From the human T2T-CHM13v2.0 reference genome, Homo sapiens, in assembly GCF_009914755.1 (NCBI RefSeq), contig NC_060937.1: a DNA stretch of 64,000 nucleotides; one strand, 5' to 3'. Positions 16,853-26,075 of the stretch are shown one piece after another (position 1 is the first letter of the stretch; every line of letters starts with the position of its first letter). The position numbers and the translations under genes are program-made. The notes under the pieces were generated by a model. That model was not told the DNA's origin, searched no databases, and saw nothing but the letters and a program-made list of their open reading frames with translations.

Positions 16853-18320
16853 GCTGAGATCCAGCCCCTCTTCCACCCCTGGCTCTTGGGACCCCCATCA
16901 CAGTGTGGGGAGGCACCCCCCACGAGGCGGGGACTGAGAGCCAGCTCCTCTTCCTCCACTGGCACTTGCGACCCCCATCACAGCGTGGGGGAGGCAACCC
17001 CACTAGGCGGGTACTGAGAGCCAGCTCTTCTTGCCCCCTGGCTCTTGGGACCCTCATTGCAAGGGTGGGAGGCAACCCGTGCGAGGTGGGGAGTGCGAGC
17101 CTGCCCCACTTCCCCCCGGCTCTTAGCACCCCCATCGCAGGGGGGGAGGCAATCCCTGCAAGGTGGGGACTGCGAGCCTGCCCCCTTCCCTCCCTGGCTC
17201 TTAGCACCCCTTTCGCAGGGGGGGAGGCACCCCTCGCGAGGCGGGGATGGAGAGCGAGCCCCTCTTCCCCCCCTTGCTCTTAGGACCCGCATCGCTGGGG
17301 GCGGAGGCACCCACTGCGAGGCAGGGACTGAGAGCCAGCCCCTCTTACCCCCCTGGCTCTTGGGACCCCCATCGTGGGGGGGAGGCACCCCCCGTGAGGC
17401 GGGGACTCAGAGCCAACCCCTCTTCCCCCCCGGCTCTCGGGACCCCCATCGCAGTGGGGGGAGGCACCCCCAGCGAGGCGGGGACTAAGAGCCAGCCCCT
17501 CTTCCCCCCCGACTCTTAGGATCCCCATCACACCGGGGGGAGGCACCCCCCATGAGGTAGGGACTGAGAGCCACCCCTCTTCCCCCCCTGGCTCTTAGGA
17601 CCCCCATCGCAGGGGTGGGAGACACCACCCATGAGGCGGGGACTGAGAGCCAGCCCCTCTTCCCCCCCTGGCTCTTGGGACCCCCATCGCAGGTGGGGAG
17701 GCAGCCCCAGCGAGGCGGGGACTCAGAGCCAACCCCTCTTCCCCCCCTGGCTCTTTGGACCCCCATCGCAGGGGGGGGAGGCACCCCCAGCGAGGCGGGC
17801 ACTAAGAGCCAGCCCCTCTTCCCCCCCTGACTCTTAGGACCCCCATCGCACTGGGGGGAGGCACCCCCCACGAGGCAGGGACTGAGAGCCAGCCCCTCTT
17901 CCCCCCCTGGCTCTTAGGACCCCCATTGCAGGGGTGGGAGGCACCCCCCGCGAGGCGGGGACTGACAGCCAGCCCCTCTCCCCCCCCAGGCTCTTGGGAC
18001 CCCCATCGCAGGGGGGGATGCAACCCCCACGACGCGGGGACTGAGAGCCAGTCCCTCTTCCCCCCCTGGCTCTTAGGATCCCCATCGCACCAGGGGGAGC
18101 CACCCCCCGCGAGGCAGGGACTGAGAGCCAGCCACTTTTCCCCCCTTGACTCTTAGGACCCCCATCGCACTGGGGGGAGGCACCCCCGCGAGGCAGGGAC
18201 TCAGCCAGCCCCTCTTCCCCCCCCAGGCTCTTGGGACCCCCATCGCAGTGGGGGAGGCACCCCCGCAAGGTGGGGACTGAGAGCCAGCCCGTCTTCCCCC
18301 CTGGCTTAGGACCCCCATCG
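16853..18320. repeat. GC-rich ~79-bp tandem repeat, block B (~18-19 units)
   Basis: The cccccatc motif recurs at about 17601, 17681, 17760, 17840, 17920, 18000 and 18080 (period 79-80). Confidence 0.95.
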
Positions 18321-18942
18321 TGGATCCTAAGATCCTTAGGACCCACCTGGAGGACTGTGGGTATCAGGTGTCCAAGAAGAAAGCTCAAATCTGCCGATGG
18401 CAGGTACCTTACTTGGGATTTCCTATCCGACAGGGGTCCGAACGCAGCTGGGGAACAGAAAGAAAGCAGGTTATTTGCAATCTACCGGAGCTTAAGGGCA
18501 GAAGGCAGGTGAGAGAATTCTTAGGAGCTGTGGGGTTTTGTAGCCTGTGGATCCCAAACTTTGCATTACTAGCCAAGCCTTTGTATGAGGTCACAAAGGG
18601 GGCAGGGACCGGGAACCTTTGGAATGGGGATCCCAACAACAGCCAGTCTTTCATGAGTTAAAGGAAAAACTTCTGGCCGCCCCAGCCCTGGGGCTACCCG
18701 ATCTGACAAAGTCTTTGCCATTGAATGCGTCAGAGAGAGAAAAGATGGCAGTTGGACTTTTAACCCAAACTGTGGGGCCCTGTCTGAGGCCGGTGGTCTA
18801 CGTCTCTAAACAACTACCCAAGGTTTCTAAAGGATGGCCCCCCTGTTTGAGGGCCGTGGTAGCAACTGCCCCGCTAGTACAAGAAGCAAATAAGCTGACT
18901 CTTGGGCAAAACCTGAACATAAAGTCCACCCATTTTGTGGTA
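18321..18942 (+). pseudogene. pol: HERV-E-like pol fragment, copy 2
   Basis: ORFs 18320-18661 (HLEDCGYQVSKKKAQIC...YLGF) and 18619-19059 (ELKEKLLAAPALGLPD...GWPPCLRA). Same endpoints as copy 1. Confidence 0.92.
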
Positions 18943-19771
18943 GCTGAGAGCCAGCCCCTCTTCCCCCCCTGCCTCTTAGGATCCCCATCGCAGCGTGGTG
19001 AGGCACCCTCCGTGAGGCGGGGACTGAGAGCCAGCCCCTTTTCCCCCCCTGGCTCTTAGGACCCCCATCGCACCGGGCGGAGGCTCCCCCGCGAGGCAGG
19101 GACTGAGAGCCAGCCCCTCTTCCCCCCCAGGCTGTTGGGACCCCCATCGCAGGTGCAGGAGGCACCCCCCGTGAGGTGTGGACTGAGAGCCAGCACCTCT
19201 TCCACCCCTGGCTTTTAGGACCCCCATCGCAGGTGGGGGAGGCACCCTCCACGATGCAGCAATTGAGAACCAGCCACTCTTCCCCCACTGGCTCTTAGGA
19301 CCCCCAATGCCGGGGGGGGAGGCACCCCCTGTGAGGCGGGGACTGAGAGCCAGCCCCTCTTCCCCCCCTGGCTCTTGGGACCCCCATAGCAGAGGGGGGA
19401 GGCACCTCCCGCGAGGCCGGGACTGAGAGGCAGCCACTCTCCCCCCCTGGCTCTTGGGACCCCCATTGAAGGGTGGGGAGGCACCGCCCTCTAGGCGGGA
19501 ACTGAGACCCAGCCCGTCTTTCCACCCTGGCTCTTAGGACCCCCATTGCAGGAACGGGAGGCAACCCCCGCTAGAGTGGGGACTGAAAGCCAGCCCGTCT
19601 TCCGCCCCTGGCTCTTAGGACCCCCATCAGAGTGGGGGGAGGCACCCCCCTCCGAGGCGGGGACTGAGAACCTGCCCCTCTTCCCCCCTGGCTCTTAGGA
19701 CCCCCATTGCAGGGTGGGGATGCACCCCCCGCGAGGCGGGTACTGAGAGCCAGCCCCTCTTCTCCCCTGGC
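18943..19771. repeat. GC-rich ~79-bp tandem repeat, block C (~10-11 units)
   Basis: Same unit as blocks A and B. The last unit ends in cccctggc at the L1 junction. Confidence 0.93.
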
Positions 19772-20080
19772 CTTGTGAGGTGTCATTCTGCCCCTACTGG
19801 GGGGTTCCTCCCAGTTAGCCTACTCGGAGTTCAAGGACCCAGTTGAGGAGGCAGTCTGTTGATGCTCAGATCTCAAGCTGCGTGCTGGGAGAACCACCAC
19901 TCTCTTCCAACTGTCATACAGGGACTTTTAAGTCTGCAGAGGTTTCTGCTGCCTTTTGTTCGGCTATGCCCTACCCCAAGAGGTGGACTCTACAGAGGCA
20001 GGCAGGCCTTCTTGAGCTGCAGTGGGCTTCACCCAGTTCAAGCTTAGCAGCCGCTTTGTTTACCTATTCAAGCCTCAGCA

Positions 20081-20458
20081 ATGGCAGATGCTCCTCCCCC
20101 AGTCTCGCTGCCATGTTTCAGTTTGATCTCAGATTGCTGTGCTAGCAATCAGCAAGGCTCCGTGGGCATAGGACCCTCCGAGCCAGGCACAGGATATAAT
20201 CTCCTGGTCTGCCGTTTGCTAAGACTGTCAGAAAAGCACAGTATTAGGGTGGGAGTGACCCGATTTTCCAGGTGCTGTTTTTCCTCCCTTCCCTTGGCTA
20301 GGAAAGGGAATTCCCTGACCCCTTGCACTTCCCGGGTGAGGCGATGCCTTGCCCTGCTTCGGCTCATGCTCGGTGTGCTGCACCCACTGTCCTGCACCCA
20401 CTGTCCAACAATCCCCAGTGAGATGAACCTGGTACCTCAGTTGGAAAGGGAGCTGTAG
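20081..20458 (+). CDS. ORF0: L1 antisense ORF0 homologue, open and extended to 125 aa (expression unknown)
   Basis: MADAPPPVSLPCFSLISDCCASNQQGSVGIGPSEPG...IRVGVTRFSRC matches the primate ORF0 peptide and lies antisense in the 5'UTR. Confidence 0.7.
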   Translation: MADAPPPVSLPCFSLISDCCASNQQGSVGIGPSEPGTGYNLLVCRLLRLSEKHSIRVGVTRFSRCCFSSLPLARKGNSLTPCTSRVRRCLALLRLMLGVLHPLSCTHCPTIPSEMNLVPQLEREL

Positions 20459-20477
20459 ACTGGAGCTGTTCCTATTC

Positions 20478-20487
20478 GGCCATCTTG
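20478..20487 (-). promoter_or_regulatory. YY1 site of the L1 internal sense promoter
   Basis: Reverse complement CAAGATGGCC at the L1 5' end. Confidence 0.8.
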
Positions 20488-20492
20488 CGCCC

Positions 20493-20510
20493 TAGAGCTA
20501 TGACATTTTC
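20493..20510. repeat. Target-site duplication, right copy (tagagctatgacattttc)
   Basis: Identical to 10657-10674. The following aa gives TT/GAAAA on the - strand, an L1 endonuclease-type site. Confidence 0.95.
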
Positions 20511-20938
20511 AAGCTACTTTTTCAATTCAATATATTTTATTCCTCTCTGAATCTATTACATTTGAAGTCATTTAAATAATTCTATGCTTTTTTCTTGTCT
20601 ATTTCTTCATTGCAGTATCTGACAAATGATAATAACCAAATTAAAACCACTTGTGTTTCCAAGCATAAATTATATGAATGTATAATTATGAAATGAACTT
20701 ATTCTTCAGTTTCATATTCATTGAACTGAAGGCTTCTACACTTTGTAATGCTTTTTTTTTTTTTACAAATCTTATTGTTACCAAATTTCCAGTTTCAAAT
20801 TTATATGTTTAAGTTTTATTACCTAAGGTTTTGTTGCCTTTTCTCTCTGCAGCTGCAGTCTGAATTAATGTGTTAGTTCAGTCTTATAAATCCCAGATGA
20901 AAAGAATGGAATTTTTTTTTTTGTTATTTGCCTTATGC

Positions 20939-21157
20939 CAGTAGTTCTTAACCAGAGGAAATTTTCATGCAGGGGATGTTTGATAATGCCTGGAGACATC
21001 ATTAATTGTTACTAAAGTTGAGGAGGGAGGGAAGAGTTGCTACTGACATGGTATAGGACTGGGAAGCTGCTAAACCTCCTACAATGCACAGAAGAATTTT
21101 CTGCATCAAAAAGTGATCTGATACAAATATCAATAGTTTCACTGTTGAGAAATCTTC
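20939..21157 (+). mobile_element. MER20 (hAT-Charlie DNA transposon) remnant
   Basis: cagtagttcttaacc...tggagacat...gctgctaaacctcctacaatgcacag...ttgagaaatc, about 220 bp. Confidence 0.8.
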
Positions 21158-23657
21158 TATATATAATATCCTTGATTTTTCATTCTAAAATTTAGTAAAA
21201 TGATGAGTTAAATTTAATCATTTTTGTCATTATTAGCATGATGAGGGATGACATGAGCCTCAAAAGTCAAAGGACTCTTGCCTGGGAGTAGAAAATCAAA
21301 AGATGACAATAACACATGTGAAATAGTTTAAATTTCAATAAGTTGGAATTAAAACTTTCAGGTGTTGTTTAGAACAAAATCTTGGTTGTCTCAACACAAC
21401 TGAAAGCTAAGTGCACTTAATTCCAATCGTTTGAATCCCATGGCCTGTGGAAAGATGAGAATGATTAGTGTCCACTTGACAGGCACCTGTGTTAAACAAT
21501 ATCTTAATGCTTTTTTAAAAAAGTGGAGATTTTTATTAAGGCAAGGAGGGAATGTGATTAAAGGGGTCGAGCATACAAATTAAAGGTATTTGAAATGAAA
21601 ATAAGTTTGGGGAGAAAACAGTGAATATTGTTGAGAGAGAGGTCATCCTCTGTAGAAGGATAATAAGAACATATAGCTTATTTGGGGATGGTCTTTCTGT
21701 GCTGCTCATGGTGAGGGGTCAAGGACTAAAGAAGTTTAAATGTTTCATAACTCAATAATGTCATCAAGATACAGAAAATAAATTACTTGGATTGCGATTC
21801 CAGCTTTTAAAAATTAGCTGAATTTTTCTAATTGATTATTTCAGCTCAGAGTGGTGGATGACAGAAAGTGAAGGACATTTTGGCAAGTGGCTCGGCATGA
21901 AAGAGATAATGGGCATAGTTACATTAATTGTGACTGGAAACATGAAAGATTCAATGCAAAAGCAACTTGTTCCATAACATATTTCTCGCACAGGTTGGCT
22001 TCATGATTTTTGTACCTTGAGGCATGCAGAGCAGCTTGAGGGTGCTGGGAAGTTTAAGCTTTTTAGCTATCTTTAAAAAATGGTGACAGCTTTATGAGCT
22101 GGAGGAAAATGTTTATTGGGTAGAATTCTCCCTAAGTGGTTAAAGAGAATTTTAGACATTTATCTCTTCCTGGCATCATTCAAGCTTTTGATAACTGGGA
22201 ATGGGGTAAGGGGAAAAGTCCAATTTTAGGAATTGAATCAGAGACAAGGAAGACAAGGGAACAGGGAGGGTTTCACCATAGGAAAGTTAGATTTGATAGC
22301 CCCACTCTAAGACAGGAAGAAGAAGAGTGCTTACATGTAGGAAAAGCACAGGATTTGTGATCACACATCTAGTCCTACATTCTGAACCAGATTATCCAAT
22401 GAGGTGGATCAGCCCTGAAGCTCTTTCTCATACTGGTAGAATGTGACACTGGAATTAGCCTTCAAGTGGTGCTCCAGGTGTGGACTGAACCTTGAGGGGG
22501 CATAACATGGGATAGGGTGGTTAGAGAGGGACTGATATCTTTTGAATACCAATTAAGTGCTAGACACTATCCTAGGCGCTTTTGGCATGCTATTGGATCA
22601 ATGAGATACATTTTTTTAAGCGATATTTTACTGATGATAAAACTGAGAAGCAGTAAATGGCATTATTTACATGTCTAGCTTTTGGAAAAGACTAAGAAAC
22701 TCATCTCTGGGAAAATAAGGCAAAGACTGACAATGTGTACATTGTTTGAAGGTTTATTCAGCTTTAAAATGCTTCTGATAAGCCTGCTTTGTTTTTTTTT
22801 CCTTACCAGGAGGTTTACTCACATGGATTACTTCTTAGACTACTAATTATCCAGATAGTTGGTTCCTCTTTTTCTCTTTGTGCTTAATTATTAGTATTTC
22901 TCTAGAGCTCACTTGGCTTATGTTCTTTTGTTTCTCTCATAGGCATCACACTAATGTCTCCAAGTGGTCAGGTGATGTGTGGTTTGTGCTATCACCTTTA
23001 GAAAATGAATCTTAGCTCAACATTCTCCAAACTTTTAGATGTTTTTCAGGACAAAAATCTTTATTGTTTCAACACAATTGAAAGTGAAGCACGCTTAATT
23101 TTTCTGTTTAAATATTTATTCCAAAGTGAGTCAATCATATAATAAAAGTGTTTCTGCAGTCATTAAATAGTCATTTAGCAAACAAAAAAAGAAAAAAAGA
23201 AAACACATATTGCAGAGTAAGACATATTAAAGACATCAAATATTAAAAGGTGTGTTGTAAAATATTGCAGTTTCACAGTAAGCATAATATTTGTATATAG
23301 GTAGCCACTACTTAAGTCAGCTCAAGCTAAGGGATACATGGATGATCTTATTACATATAAGTATATTCTTTTGATAAAACACTAAATATGTGATATATGC
23401 TTTATGTAAAATACATAACTATTTATTCAGACCAGAAAGAAACATGCAATAATTTTAATAATGTAAACACAAAATCTCAAAGAGGAGCTAACTATCTGGA
23501 GGAGTTTTAAATAACACTTATTATCTGTCTACCATATTTTGAAAACTGTTAGCATAATTGTTGCAGTAATACAATTGTATTACAAAGTTTACTGATTCAT
23601 TTACTCTTGGGAAAACTATTCTAGGCACAAAGTTCTATATAGAATGGATTAACTTCA

Positions 23658-23990
23658 TGTATTAGTCTTTTCAGGCTTCTATGACAAAAATAACATAGAC
23701 TAGATAGTTAATAAACCGTGTAAATTTATTTCTCAAAGTTCCAGAGGCTGTAAATCTGAAATCAAGATGTTGGCAGATTTGAAGTCTGTTGAGGGCTGGC
23801 TTCAGAGATGGCCGTTGTTCATTATAATCTCACATGGCAGGGGAGAGATCTCTCTGGACTCTCTTTAATAAAGGCACTAGTCCCATTTATGAGGGCTCTG
23901 CCATCCACATCTCAGATACCCCACCTCCTAGTACCATTACCTTGAGATCTGGATTTGAACAAAAGAATGTTGAGGAAACACAAATATCCA
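23658..23990 (-). mobile_element. MLT1-family MaLR solo LTR
   Basis: tgtattagtc...tttatttctcaaagttccagaggctg...aataaaggcactagtcccatttatgagggctctgcc. Confidence 0.75.
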
Positions 23991-24519
23991 GTTTGTGGCT
24001 TGTTAGGATATTGTTTTTACCCGGTAAGGACAAGGCATATAGTATCTGAGATGGGCTGGGTTTTAGAGACTCTGTAGACAGGGCTGGAGACTGTGGTGAA
24101 GTAAAAGCACATGTCTGGCCAATGGTGGCATTAGTTACTCAATTCCTAATGACTCGCCATTTATGAATAGGGAAGCAATGTGACAGATCTCTGCTTTTTT
24201 CAGGCAAGATCATAGCTTGATTTTTTTAAATGTGAAATTTTCTTATTTTTAAAAGTTTGTTCTAATTAAAACTGTATCTATTTCCTATTTTCCTTTTTTA
24301 TGTGAGAAATAAGTATAATATTTCTAAGATGTAAATTTTTATATCATCTTTCTTCTTGACAGAGATTATATGTTGTTTTGCAATTCATGATGTCTACACT
24401 CTTAATTTAAATTTATACTTTCCTGAAATCATAACCAGTATGCAGTTGTAGTGAAAAAATACTTAGATGTTTCTGGGCCAAAAATTATAATGTGTTAATA
24501 CTGAATATAGTATGAAACC

Positions 24520-26075
24520 TATATTAGTCCATTTTCAAACTGCTATAAAGAACTACCTGAAACTGGATAATTTATAAAGAAAGGAAGATTAATTGACTTA
24601 TAGTTCTGCATGGCTCAGGAGGCCTCAAAAAACTTACAGTCATGGCAGAAGGCAAAGAGGAAGGAGTTATGTCTTACGTGGCTGGAGCAGGAGGAAGAGA
24701 GTGAAGGTGGAGGTGCTACACACTTTTAAATAACCAGAGGTTCTCCATGGGGGCTCTGACCCTGCAGCAGACTTCTGCCTGAACATCCAAGCATTTTCAT
24801 GCATCCTCCGAAATCTAGGTGGAGGTTCCCAAACCTCAACTCTTGTCTTCTGCATACCTTCAGGCCCAACACCACATGGAAGCCTCCAAGGCTTGGAGCT
24901 TGCACCCTCTGAAGCAATGGCCCAAGCTGTACCTTGGCCCCTTTTATCCATGGCTAGAGCTGGAGCAGCTGGGATGCAGGGTGCCATGTCCTGAGGCTGC
25001 ACAGAGCAGTAGGCCCCTGAGCCCACTCCATGAAACCATTTTTCCCTTCTAAGCCTCTGGGACTGTGATGGGAGGGGCTGCTGTGAAAATGTCTAAAGTG
25101 CCCTGCAGACATTTTCCCCGTTGTCTTGGGTATTAACATTTTGCTTCTCTTTACTTTTGCAAATTTCTGTATCCAGCGGCTTAAATTTCTCCCCAGAAAA
25201 TGTTTTTTTCTTTTCCACCACATGGTCATGCTGCAAGTTTTCCAAACTTATATACTCTACTTCCTTTTTAACATAAGTTTCCATTTCAGACCCTCTCTTT
25301 GTGAACACATATGACTGTATGCTTTCAGAAAAAGCCGGGTCACATCTTGAATGCTTGCTGCTTAGAAATGTCTTCTGCTAGAGAACTTAAATCATTTCTC
25401 TAAAGGTTAAAGTTCCACAGATCTCTAGTGCAGGGGCAAAATGCCACCAGTCTTTTTGCTAAAGCATAGCAAGAGTCACCTTTATTCCAATTTCCAACAA
25501 ATTTCTCATCTCTATCTGAGACCATCTCAGCCTGGACTTCATTGTCCATATCACTGTCAGCATTTTGGTCAAAACCACACAACAAAACTCTAGAAAGTTC
25601 CAAACTTTTCCACATCTTTCTGTCTTCTTCTAAGCCCCCAAACTATTCCAACCTTTTCCCATTACCCAGTTCCAAAGTCACTTCCACATTTTCAGGTATC
25701 TTTATAGCAATGCCCCATTTCTCTCAGTACCAGTTTTCTGTATTAGTCATTTTCATACTTCTATAAAGAACTACCTGAGACTGGGTAATTTATAATGAAA
25801 AGAGGATTAATCGACTCACAGTTCCACATGGTTATGGAGGCCCCAAGAAACTTACAATCATGGTGGAAGGCAAAGGGATAGCAAGTCATAGTGACAGGAG
25901 AGAAAGAGAGCAAGGGGGTAAGTGCCACACCTTTAAACCATCAGATCTTATGAGACCTCAGTATCACTAGAACAGGATGGGGGAAACTGCCCCCCTGATC
26001 CTATTACCTCCCACTAGGCCCCTCTCCTGACACATGAGAATTACAATTCAAGATGAGATTTGGCTAGTGACAGCC
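24520..26075 (-). mobile_element. MST (MaLR) element: partial LTR, internal region, LTR
   Basis: Direct LTR copies start at ~24520 and ~25739 (tattagtc..ttttca...ctataaagaactacctga), with MST-int between them. Confidence 0.9.

Larger units (their letters stand above)
15798..19771. other. Composite insert: VNTR - pol fragment - VNTR - pol fragment - VNTR
   Basis: L1 sequence stops at ...ggttttatctac (15797) and resumes at cctggccttgtgaggtgtca (~19766-19785). All sequence in between is non-L1. Confidence 0.95.

Noticed and set aside
16231-18942. Intact provirus or functional pol gene
   Set aside because: No LTR, gag, integrase or env. The same partial segment appears twice with frameshifts, and copy 1 has stops.
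15825-19771. CRISPR-like array, or retron/DGR-like system (repeats next to an RT)
   Set aside because: Units are head-to-tail with no unique spacers, the context is primate, and the RT piece is retroviral, frameshifted and starts downstream of the YxDD catalytic motif.
15798-19771. SVA or LAVA element
   Set aside because: No CCCTCT hexamer head, Alu-like domain, SINE-R or own poly(A)/TSD. The unit length and sequence differ from the SVA VNTR.
15782-19786. Many overlapping Gly/Pro/Arg-rich ORFs
   Set aside because: They are by-products of a stop-poor GC repeat read in several frames on both strands, with no coding evidence.
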